Below are positions 45,689-54,091 of a DNA stretch of 64,000 nt, one piece after another. The notes beneath the pieces are model-generated. The model did not search any database. It had not been told where the DNA came from and worked only from the letters and a program-made list of their open reading frames with translations. Made by a program: the position numbers and the translations under genes. The DNA lies in IMG/VR virus record IMGVR_UViG_3300023174_000082, positions 1 through 64,000 of that record; one strand, written 5' to 3'. The first letter of the stretch is position 1. Each line of letters opens with the position of its first letter. This stretch comes from a virus.

Positions 45689-46698
45689 ACCTATTTAAAA
45701 AAGCTGCCATTTTTACTGACATACATTTTGGACTCAAAAGCAATTCAACCCTGCACAATGAAGACTGTTTGGCCTTTGTAAAATGGGCCACTGCCAAAGC
45801 CAAAGAAGAAGGCTGTGAAACTGCCATGTTCTTGGGCGATTGGCACAACAATCGAGCCAGCCTCAACATTGTTACACTCAACTACAGCCTTCGATCACTG
45901 GAGCACCTGAATGCTAATTTCGACCGTGTGTATTTTATTCCTGGCAATCACGACCTTTATTATCGTGACAAGCGCGATATACAGTCAGTGGAGTGGGCGC
46001 GACACCTCCCAAATGTTGAAATATGCAATGATTGGTTTTCTAGTGGCAACGTTGTTATCGCCCCTTGGTTGTGCGGAGATGATCATAAGAGGATCTCTAA
46101 ACTGACCGGCAAGTATATGTTTGGGCACTTTGAACTGCCAGGCTACTTGATGAATGCCATGGTAGAAATGCCAGACCATGGCGAAGTGCGTAGAGAAGAC
46201 TTTGAGAATTTCGAACATGTATTCACCGGACACTTTCATAAACGACAGACCAAAAAGAATATTACCTACATCGGTAATGCGTTCCCTCACAATTATGCGG
46301 ATGCTGGTGACGACGAACGAGGACTTACTATACTGGAGTGGGGAGGAACGCCTGCGTTTCATGCTTGGCCTGCTCAACCAACCTATAGGGTTTACGGACT
46401 CGCCAACCTTATTGACAACGCTCCGGCTCTTCTTAAGCCCAAAATGCATGTGCGTGTTGGACTAGACATTGAGATCTCATACGAAGAAGCCAACTTCATC
46501 AAAGAAACTTTTGTGAAAGACTATGACTTACGTGAGATGAGCTTGATTCCAAACAAGAACTCAGATGTGGACACAGACATGGCACCTGGTGAGATTAAAT
46601 TTGAGAGTGTGGATCAAATTGTCACAGACCAACTCACTAACATTGAATCAGAATTCTACGACAACAAACTACTGTTGAAGATTTATCAAAACTTATGA
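45685..46698 (+). CDS. gp47: Recombination nuclease, gp47 (Mre11/SbcD-like)
   Basis: Phosphoesterase motifs DIHFG, GDW, GNHD, GHFE and GHFH. Confidence 0.92.
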   Translation: MNLFKKAAIFTDIHFGLKSNSTLHNEDCLAFVKWATAKAKEEGCETAMFLGDWHNNRASLNIVTLNYSLRSLEHLNANFDRVYFIPGNHDLYYRDKRDIQSVEWARHLPNVEICNDWFSSGNVVIAPWLCGDDHKRISKLTGKYMFGHFELPGYLMNAMVEMPDHGEVRREDFENFEHVFTGHFHKRQTKKNITYIGNAFPHNYADAGDDERGLTILEWGGTPAFHAWPAQPTYRVYGLANLIDNAPALLKPKMHVRVGLDIEISYEEANFIKETFVKDYDLREMSLIPNKNSDVDTDMAPGEIKFESVDQIVTDQLTNIESEFYDNKLLLKIYQNL

Positions 46699-48458
46699 TC
46701 CAAATACGAAATCTCACTGTTAAAAACTTCATGAGTGTGGGTGCCGCCACACAGGCCATTGACTTTGACCGCAATGACCTTACACTGGTGCTGGGCGAAA
46801 ACTTGGACTTGGGTGGCGATGGATCACGCAATGGCACAGGCAAGACCACAATCATCAATGCGCTAAGTTATGCCTTGTACGGTCAAGCACTATCAAACAT
46901 ACGCAAAGACAATTTAGTGAACAAGACCAATGCCAAACACATGTTGGTCAGCCTAGACTTTCACATCAATGGCACAGACTACCGGATCGAACGTGGGCGC
47001 AAACCCAACGTGCTCAAGTTCTATGTGAACAACGAACACAAAGCCGCAGAGGACGAAGCACAAGGAGATTCAAGAGAAACACAAGACGCCATAGAGCGTA
47101 TTATTGGCATGAGCCACGACATGTTCAAACATGTGCTGGCGCTGAACACATATACAGAACCGTTTCTAAGTTTGAAGGCCAATGACCAACGCACTATCAT
47201 TGAGCAGTTGTTGGGCATTACCTTGTTGAGTGAACGTGCTGACCGTATCAAAGAACTCAACCGGCAGACCAAAGATGCCATTCAGTCCGAAGAGTTTAGA
47301 ATTCGTGCTGTGCAAGAAGCCAACAAGCGCATTGAAGAACAAATTACCAGTTTAGAAAAGCGTCGAACCATGTGGTTCAAAAAGCAACAGGAAGATTGTG
47401 CAGGATTTGAAACGGCCATTGGCGACCTTGAACACATTGACATTGATGCCGAAGTACAAGCACACAGAGACTTGGAAGCGTTTCACACTAAGAAAAAAGC
47501 CATTGATGAGGCTAATCGATACATTCGACAAATTGCCGCAGATGATGTCAAGCAACAAAAACTGTTGGACAAACTCCGAACAGAGATTGCAGCCTTGGAC
47601 GATCACAAGTGTCACTCATGTGGACAGGACTTGCATGACAACAAACAAGACGAACTCAAGAAGGCCAAAGAAGAACTGTTAAAAGAAACTGCACTGCAAT
47701 TACTCGCCAACAACACCCAAGAACAAGAACATCGAGCCACGCTGACCAGGCTAGGAGAATTAGGTGTTGCACCCACTGTGTTTTATGACACGCTGGAAGA
47801 TGCACTAAATCATCGCAACACTCTCAGCACATTGCGAACCAGTTTAGACACAAGAAAAACAGAGTCAGATCCATATACGGAACAAATCACAGACATGCAA
47901 GGACAAGCCCTGCAGGTTGTGAGTTACGATCACTTGAACGAACTTACCAGAGTGCAAGACCATCAGGACTTCTTGCTCAAACTGCTAACCTCAAAAGATT
48001 CGTTTGTGCGCAAGAAGATCATTGATCAGAACTTGAGTTATCTCAACAGTCGTCTCACACACTATTTGGACAGAATTGGACTGCCACACACCGTGAAGTT
48101 CATGAACGACTTGAGTGTAAGCATTGAAGAACTGGGTCGCGAATTGGACTTTGACAATCTAAGTCGCGGTGAACGCAATCGATTAATACTCAGCATGAGT
48201 TGGGCATTCCGTGATGTGTGGGAAAGTTTGTACTCGCCTATCAACTTGCTGTTTATTGACGAGATGATTGACAACGGCTTGGACACACAAGGTGTAGAGA
48301 ATGCACTAGGCTTACTGAAGAAGATGAGTCGCGAACGCCACAAATCAATCTGGCTAGTGAGCCATAGAGATGAACTTACCAGCAGGGTAGAAAACATTCT
48401 CAAGGTTATCAAAGAAAACGGCTTTACCAGCTATAACACGGATGTAGAAATTGCGTAA
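46695..48458 (+). CDS. gp46: Recombination ATPase, gp46 (Rad50/SbcC-like)
   Basis: Walker A NGTGKT, zinc hook CHSC, signature LSRGE, Walker B LFIDE and VSH. Confidence 0.93.
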   Translation: MIQIRNLTVKNFMSVGAATQAIDFDRNDLTLVLGENLDLGGDGSRNGTGKTTIINALSYALYGQALSNIRKDNLVNKTNAKHMLVSLDFHINGTDYRIERGRKPNVLKFYVNNEHKAAEDEAQGDSRETQDAIERIIGMSHDMFKHVLALNTYTEPFLSLKANDQRTIIEQLLGITLLSERADRIKELNRQTKDAIQSEEFRIRAVQEANKRIEEQITSLEKRRTMWFKKQQEDCAGFETAIGDLEHIDIDAEVQAHRDLEAFHTKKKAIDEANRYIRQIAADDVKQQKLLDKLRTEIAALDDHKCHSCGQDLHDNKQDELKKAKEELLKETALQLLANNTQEQEHRATLTRLGELGVAPTVFYDTLEDALNHRNTLSTLRTSLDTRKTESDPYTEQITDMQGQALQVVSYDHLNELTRVQDHQDFLLKLLTSKDSFVRKKIIDQNLSYLNSRLTHYLDRIGLPHTVKFMNDLSVSIEELGRELDFDNLSRGERNRLILSMSWAFRDVWESLYSPINLLFIDEMIDNGLDTQGVENALGLLKKMSRERHKSIWLVSHRDELTSRVENILKVIKENGFTSYNTDVEIA

Positions 48459-49302
48459 GATCAAAGTATTACACCTTGAACCCACCGATGTGTGCCAAGC
48501 CGCATGCCCAGCATGTGCTAGAGAGACTGACTCAAAGTTTCGCAAGGATCAAAAACATCATTTATCCATTGGGCACATACAACGACATTTTTCTGATCGC
48601 AGGATCAAGAGCCTAGACAAGGTTTTCATGTGCGGTAACTACGGTGATCCAGCCGCTGGTGCATATACTGGTGACATGTACAAATGGTTTAGACAGCTAA
48701 ACCCCACAATCACACTTGGTATGAATACCAACGGTGCCATACAAAACACTTTCTGGTGGCATGAAATTGGACGCTTGTTCAATCAGCCCCGGGACTATGT
48801 GGTATTCAGCATTGATGGATTGGAAGATACCAATGGCGTGTATAGAAAAGGTGTGAACTGGACCAAGCTCATGCAAAATGCACAAGCATTTATCGAAGCA
48901 GGTGGTTCGGCACACTGGGATATGTTGATTTATCAACACAACGAACATCAAGTAGATGAGTGCGAGCAGCTGGCTCGCGACATGGGTTTTAAGTGGTTCC
49001 GTGCCAAAGTCAGCAAACGACCACTGATTGGTAGACTGGAATGGCCACGCAACTATCAAGCACAAACATTTGAAGGCGCTATAAAGTGTCATGCACAGCA
49101 AGAAAAAAGTGCATACATAGATGCTCGTGGCAATCTTAGTCCTTGCTGCTGGATTGGTGCCACACAAACAGATTTTGTTCGCACTGACTCTGTGGTGGAC
49201 TTTTATCCAAAGAAACACGCAACTTGTGTTGCAACTTGTTCAACAGATCAAGCCAAAACAGCATTTTCAAATCAGTGGCGCAAAGAAATTCAGTTATGTT
49301 AG
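48451..49302 (+). CDS. Radical SAM protein with C-terminal twitch-like domain
   Basis: CQAACPAC, CGNYGDP, NTNG, FSIDG and C-terminal C..YIDARG..PCCW. TTG start. Confidence 0.88.
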   Translation: MRKIKVLHLEPTDVCQAACPACARETDSKFRKDQKHHLSIGHIQRHFSDRRIKSLDKVFMCGNYGDPAAGAYTGDMYKWFRQLNPTITLGMNTNGAIQNTFWWHEIGRLFNQPRDYVVFSIDGLEDTNGVYRKGVNWTKLMQNAQAFIEAGGSAHWDMLIYQHNEHQVDECEQLARDMGFKWFRAKVSKRPLIGRLEWPRNYQAQTFEGAIKCHAQQEKSAYIDARGNLSPCCWIGATQTDFVRTDSVVDFYPKKHATCVATCSTDQAKTAFSNQWRKEIQLC

Positions 49303-50306
49303 CAACTTGGCATTTTCACATTGAGATCTCTAGCAAGTGTACCTTGCAGTGTCCTCGATGTGCCCGCCAAGAAGTGCCCAATGGCCTTGTGAACACAGAA
49401 CTAGATTTAGAATTTTTCAAACGTAACTTTACTCCTGAGTTTGTGAAAGCCAATCTAGAGAAAATTACATTCTGTGGCGATGACGGCGATCCTATCTATG
49501 CACATGATTTGATACCTGTAATTAGCTATCTTAAAAGTATAAAACCTGTTGAAATTGTCATTGTTACCAATGGATCACATAAAAAATTAACTTGGTGGAC
49601 TCAATTGGGTACTTTGTTGGATTCGAAAGATAGTGTTCATTTTAGTATAGATGGTTACGATAACGCCAGCAATAACTTGTATCGAGTAAACAGCGATTAT
49701 AACAGCATCATCGACGGTTTACAAACATTGCGTAGCATAAGTGATTGCCAAATTGTGTGGGCTGCTATTGCGTTCAAGTTCAACGAACATCATATAGACA
49801 CAATGAAAAAAGTTGCCCGACAAATTGGCGTAGACAGATTTCAATTGACCAAGAGCACAAAGTTTGGCAGTGTATATCCATCGTATGGCGTTGACGATCC
49901 ACTTGAACCCAGCGTAAAATTTGTTAGCAGTAGCCACAGATTTGAACGCGAAGTGACTGCTTTTTCAGAAGCAGGCAAATGGACCGCAATTCCACTCACA
50001 AACAACCGACTATTCAATCAAACTCAAAGTCGCAACGGTGTAACGCCGTTATGCGAGATAGGCAACAAAGGTTTATACATTGATGCCCGCGGCAGATTAT
50101 TTCCCTGCTGTTGGGTAGCAAACAGATACAATCACAATTCAGACTGGCAGCAACTCTCAAACCGCTTTGATTTAAACACAAGAACTCTAACAGAAGTATT
50201 GGCAGATAAATTTTGGGCTAACGAGTTCCAAACTTTCCAGTGGCAAGAGTGTCAAACCAAATGCTCTAGTGCATTAGTTGACGAAAAATACGCTACTTCT
50301 TGGTAA
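49296..50306 (+). CDS. Radical SAM protein with C-terminal twitch/SPASM-like domain
   Basis: CTLQCPRC, CGDDGDP, VTNG, FSIDG and C..YIDARG..PCCW..CQTKC. Likely start is ATG 49296. Tandem paralog of the previous gene. Confidence 0.88.
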   Translation: MLATWHFHIEISSKCTLQCPRCARQEVPNGLVNTELDLEFFKRNFTPEFVKANLEKITFCGDDGDPIYAHDLIPVISYLKSIKPVEIVIVTNGSHKKLTWWTQLGTLLDSKDSVHFSIDGYDNASNNLYRVNSDYNSIIDGLQTLRSISDCQIVWAAIAFKFNEHHIDTMKKVARQIGVDRFQLTKSTKFGSVYPSYGVDDPLEPSVKFVSSSHRFEREVTAFSEAGKWTAIPLTNNRLFNQTQSRNGVTPLCEIGNKGLYIDARGRLFPCCWVANRYNHNSDWQQLSNRFDLNTRTLTEVLADKFWANEFQTFQWQECQTKCSSALVDEKYATSW

Positions 50307-50340
50307 AAGGACTAACTATAGCACATAATCAAAATCACAC

Positions 50341-50769
50341 ATGACATGGCTTTATCAAGATACCCCAATTGAGACACTGCCCGAAGAATGTGTAGGTTTT
50401 GTTTATCTAATCACAAATAATCTATCTGGACGCAAGTACATAGGCAAAAAATTAGCAAAGTTTAGCAAAACAACATACAAAACAGTCAAACAAAAGAACG
50501 GCACAAAGAAGCGGAAGAAGATACGATCAAAGGTCGACTCAGACTGGAGAGAGTACTATGGGTCAAGCCCAGAATTAACCGCAGATGTAATCAAATTAGG
50601 CACCGAAAACTTTACCAGAGAAATACTTTACTATTGTAAATCAAAATCAGAATGTTCGTACATTGAAGCAAGAGAACAGTTCACAAGAAAAGTATTGGAA
50701 TCAACAGATTATTATAACGGCCATATTCAAGTTCGTGTGCATGGCTCACACATCATAAACAAAATTTAA
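50341..50769 (+). CDS. Short GIY-YIG family nuclease
   Basis: GFVYLITN..RKYIGKK, YYGSS, catalytic-type SYIE and YYN. At 142 aa it has no long C-terminal DNA-binding domain. Confidence 0.8.
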   Translation: MTWLYQDTPIETLPEECVGFVYLITNNLSGRKYIGKKLAKFSKTTYKTVKQKNGTKKRKKIRSKVDSDWREYYGSSPELTADVIKLGTENFTREILYYCKSKSECSYIEAREQFTRKVLESTDYYNGHIQVRVHGSHIINKI

Positions 50770-50774
50770 AATCA

Positions 50775-51165
50775 ACTAACACCTAAGGTTGGCGGGCCAG
50801 TTTGTAATACCGCTGTGGAAAAACCGGGGAATAACCGGACACGTGACATATTGAGGCACTCCCCTGGGTAAATCCCAGTATCCTGAAAAATGGAAGTGAG
50901 TCTGAGGCTAGAACAATAGGGCCGACGCATTGATATAGTATGAATGTTAGCATACGAGAAACCGTGCTATAAAAACTTAGATACTAGGAACGAGGTCTAA
51001 GACGCTTAACAAGCGAGTCGATGTAGGTTGGGAAAGATCAGAGCCCATTAGCATCACGGTAAAAACACCTACTTCCAATGTCTAGGCTGTGACCACTCAC
51101 ATGAAGACAACAGCGGAACCGAGCAAAACGGTTCCGTCTGACTGAAACAATCTACATGAATACTT
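50775..51165 (+). ncRNA. Candidate large structured non-coding RNA (family unassigned; boundaries and strand approximate)
   Basis: No ORF of 60 aa or more in the track. More than 10 local and long-range complementary segments, e.g. CTGGG/CCCAG, GTGAGT/ACTCAC, TGGAAG/CTTCCA, GTAGGT/ACCTAC and CGGAACCG/CGGTTCCG. Confidence 0.65.
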
Positions 51166-51218
51166 AATCGCTTCGCTCTTGAAAATCAATCACATTAACG
51201 AGCGATAGCGAAGTTAAT

Positions 51219-51237
51219 AGACTTGCGTAGCAAGTCT
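51219..51237. terminator. Perfect 8-bp hairpin between convergent units (possible terminator)
   Basis: AGACTTGC-GTA-GCAAGTCT, with only a weak U tract. Confidence 0.45.
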
Positions 51238-52289
51238 TAAATGTTGTAAATGTTTTCAACTGAATGAATGTTTGGTTCTAACAACTTGTGTAGATCTTGT
51301 GTGTTGTTAGGAAACTTTTCAAGTTGCCAAGTTTTTAAATTGAGACCATGTTGATATATCAAACAGTGTTGTATGATTATTTCTTGATCAAATGTGAGAT
51401 CAATTTCGTAATACAAGTTGTTCACGATGGCGTCAACAATATGTGGTTGATTGTAACAGAAGTCTAAGAGATCTAACTGTTTCTTTTGCCAGGCTTTACA
51501 GATAGGTAACCAAGCATCAAATCTATGTTTGTTAATCTCCAAATCAAGATACACCATTACTTTCCCAATCACAGTTTCAGTTCGAGTCCACAAGTCCAAA
51601 CAGTTGATCCAATAATGCGGATGTTGATAATCAAATTTAAAATCAAAGTGATCAAAGTCAAATGGCCGAATGTTTAACGCAAGCCGTTCGCGTCTGTCCC
51701 AAGTGTTGGTCAACTGCAATTCTTGAAATGTTGTTTGACTTGATTTGTTAAACAAGTTATCTATAAAATTGAATAGATCTTCTTCTGATTCTGGCGGACC
51801 ATTTTTGAAACCCAAATACGTTGATAAGTTTCTTGTGTTTCTAGAATAAAGCACAGATCTAGGTTCATTGGCTACGTAGATAATGTCAGTCTGTGTGTCT
51901 TTGCAAATGTCAAAAATTTTAGCATAATCGTCTGACATGTGTTGTTTTAGTTGATGGTACACATCAGTAGATTCAAGGCTACTGGTGTCAAGATTTAATC
52001 TTTTGGCAATTGTTCCTGGCATCAAGTTGATTGGGTACGTAGAATATATTGCATCCAACGGAAGTGAATCAAATTTTTCTATTTCACGTTTGAACTCGTC
52101 TGCTCCTACTGGGTGATTTTTTAAATGTCCGTGAGCATTTAATTTTGTAATAGGATCGTGAGTCAAGTCAATCCATTGGTCAAGACTTACATTGTAGTAT
52201 TTTGACTGCCCAGATAAAAAATGAATGCTCCAGTCAACAAATGTACAACCTAAAGAATGCTTGCTGGTAACACATATTTTTTTGTTCAT
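51237..52289 (-). CDS. Hypothetical protein, degenerate sulfotransferase-like
   Basis: N-terminal ICVTSKHSLGCTFVDWSI. The C-terminal E..IQ..L...G....LEKFPNNTQDL is shared with 44831..45688. Confidence 0.6.
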   Translation of the reverse strand: MNKKICVTSKHSLGCTFVDWSIHFLSGQSKYYNVSLDQWIDLTHDPITKLNAHGHLKNHPVGADEFKREIEKFDSLPLDAIYSTYPINLMPGTIAKRLNLDTSSLESTDVYHQLKQHMSDDYAKIFDICKDTQTDIIYVANEPRSVLYSRNTRNLSTYLGFKNGPPESEEDLFNFIDNLFNKSSQTTFQELQLTNTWDRRERLALNIRPFDFDHFDFKFDYQHPHYWINCLDLWTRTETVIGKVMVYLDLEINKHRFDAWLPICKAWQKKQLDLLDFCYNQPHIVDAIVNNLYYEIDLTFDQEIIIQHCLIYQHGLNLKTWQLEKFPNNTQDLHKLLEPNIHSVENIYNI

Positions 52290-52825
52290 AGATTCAAATC
52301 TTTAAGTTTGTTGATGTAGTAAAGTTGTCCTTGTGCTACTTGCTGTTTCCAATCATTGTGTGCATGTTGATTGGCTTGATCGCTGATGTATTTCCAACAC
52401 ACAAACTCAACACCATGTTTTTCACATGCTTTGGCAATGGCATAGGCTTCCATGTCTACAACGTCTGCTGGTATTTCTAGTACTGGATTCATCACAAAGT
52501 TATCACCAGTACTGCAAGTTAAGCCAGTAGAGTTGCCAATGTGTGTGCTAGTTTCAAATGGTGTTTGTCCTGGCACACATCCCAATGCCTCACAGGTCAT
52601 GTCTCTTTGCACAAACTGAGTGCATTGATAGAATCCTGGTGCGACTGTTATACCACCGGCGGTGCCAAAGTTAATAATACGTCGGGGACGATACTTTGTG
52701 ATGACTTCACTAGCAGTTATGGCAGCATTTACTTTGCCCACCCCAGTATAAAACAAGTTCATCATGTGGCTGAGATCGGGTGCTTCGTCCTGGATGGCAA
52801 TCAACACAATGTCGTTCATGCTCAT
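52286..52825 (-). CDS. mtnN: 5'-methylthioadenosine/S-adenosylhomocysteine nucleosidase-like (PNP_UDP fold)
   Basis: TGVGKVNAA, INFGTAGG, TGDNFV, VVDMEAYA and KYISD. Confidence 0.85.
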   Translation of the reverse strand: MSMNDIVLIAIQDEAPDLSHMMNLFYTGVGKVNAAITASEVITKYRPRRIINFGTAGGITVAPGFYQCTQFVQRDMTCEALGCVPGQTPFETSTHIGNSTGLTCSTGDNFVMNPVLEIPADVVDMEAYAIAKACEKHGVEFVCWKYISDQANQHAHNDWKQQVAQGQLYYINKLKDLNL

Positions 52826-53157
52826 ACAAATGTATCTGGCCAGTCTCTAAATAAAGCATGTTGAATATTGCCTGACACAAATTGATTGAATGACTTGTGC
52901 TTGACTTCAAGTTCGCCTTCGAGTGGCGCCACTCTTTTGAACGCCGAGTCCATTTGGCCCATGTCTCGAAACTCCATGATGATCATCCATTCAGGCATGT
53001 CTGCAATTGAACGAAATCCCATCTTGCATCGTGTGATACGATAGTCTACCATCTTGTCTTCAGAGATCAAATGATCAAAAAAACTTTTCATTCCGTTGAC
53101 CCAGTCAAGGTCTGAGATGTCGCCTTCTTTGTCTGCCCAAATTGTGTATAAATCCAT
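52822..53157 (-). CDS. Small hypothetical protein (DUF6614-like or dimeric alpha-beta barrel, tentative)
   Basis: YRITRCKMGF..EWMIIMEFRDMGQMDSAF pattern. Confidence 0.5.
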   Translation of the reverse strand: MDLYTIWADKEGDISDLDWVNGMKSFFDHLISEDKMVDYRITRCKMGFRSIADMPEWMIIMEFRDMGQMDSAFKRVAPLEGELEVKHKSFNQFVSGNIQHALFRDWPDTFV

Positions 53158-53159
53158 AG

Positions 53160-53594
53160 TTACTCCAGTGGTCCTAGTATTTCAAATCCCGCCATGCTGG
53201 ATTTGTATAAGTGTGCTTGCTCAAGATACAGGTATTGGAACCCTCGAGCCTTGTAGATAGCACACTCTGCTTTCATTGTTTCAATTCCTAATCTCAACTT
53301 AGGATTGTTGTAGTTCCATGCAAATTGATCGCACAGTGCGTTATGATCATCATAGCGTTTGATTAACGAGAATGCAACCAATCGGTCATGGTCGTAGTAC
53401 CCAATCACATCAGTCATTGGATCTGTATATCTGCTGTCAAATATGGGCATTACACTTGCAAAATGTTTGTATTTGCAATAGTCTCTATAGATAGAGTTTA
53501 GCTGTTTGATATCAGGGTTAAACAAGTACTCCCACTTTACACTTGGTGTATAGTTGGTTTGGCTAAGATCAATTCGTGCAAACTGATAGCTCAT
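53160..53594 (-). CDS. GNAT-fold protein resembling the C-terminal domain of arginyl-tRNA:protein transferase (ATE1/Bpt)
   Basis: IGYYDHDRLVAFS..WNYNNPKLRLG..E...YKARGFQYLYL. Confidence 0.55.
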   Translation of the reverse strand: MSYQFARIDLSQTNYTPSVKWEYLFNPDIKQLNSIYRDYCKYKHFASVMPIFDSRYTDPMTDVIGYYDHDRLVAFSLIKRYDDHNALCDQFAWNYNNPKLRLGIETMKAECAIYKARGFQYLYLEQAHLYKSSMAGFEILGPLE

Positions 53595-54091
53595 CGTGGA
53601 TCCCGGCGATGTTGGAACAATCCAGTAAGATATTCTTCTGGCCAGTTGTGATAGAATCCCTTCTCAGCCATTGTTCGGGCCTTGGCATCAAGATCGCTGA
53701 GACTCTGCACCAACGCCAGTGCATATGTTCCTTGGTTCATACACACGCCGTTGATCATTTCTACATCTGAGGGATGGTCTTCTAGTGCAAGAAGATCCTT
53801 GCGTAGTAAAAATTCTTTGTTGGCAATCTTCAAACTGTCACTGAACAATTCATATGGCCATTCTACTGGATTGTATGCATAGATTACAACTTCCCATTTG
53901 CCCATACCCCAGTGTGCTTGATTTTTTAAATCAAAATAAGGATGCACACCCACTCGCACATCGTAGCTTTTTTTCATTCTTGCTGAGCGTGCGTATGGGC
54001 AAGGAGCCCAGCCTCCTAAAGCAGGATGTGGAACTTCCACAAAGTTCACAATCCAGTTTTCAATATCTTGAGTAACTGTTTCTATATCCAT
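53591..54091 (-). CDS. DUF1415-like hypothetical protein
   Basis: NWIVNFV..PCPYAR and a later EDHP motif. Confidence 0.5.
   Translation of the reverse strand: MDIETVTQDIENWIVNFVEVPHPALGGWAPCPYARSARMKKSYDVRVGVHPYFDLKNQAHWGMGKWEVVIYAYNPVEWPYELFSDSLKIANKEFLLRKDLLALEDHPSDVEMINGVCMNQGTYALALVQSLSDLDAKARTMAEKGFYHNWPEEYLTGLFQHRRDPR

Noticed and set aside
50770-51237. Group I intron carrying the GIY-YIG gene
   Set aside because: The S-like GATATAGT (50932) lies upstream of the R-like TCAGAG (51038), which is the wrong order. No P7 pairing is evident, and no interrupted gene flanks the element because its neighbours are convergent.
50770-51237. tmRNA, RNase P RNA, tRNA or group II intron
   Set aside because: No tRNA-like ends or T-loop, no GAGGAAAGUCC-type P4 pair and no recognisable domain V were seen by eye. 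A covariance search is still needed.
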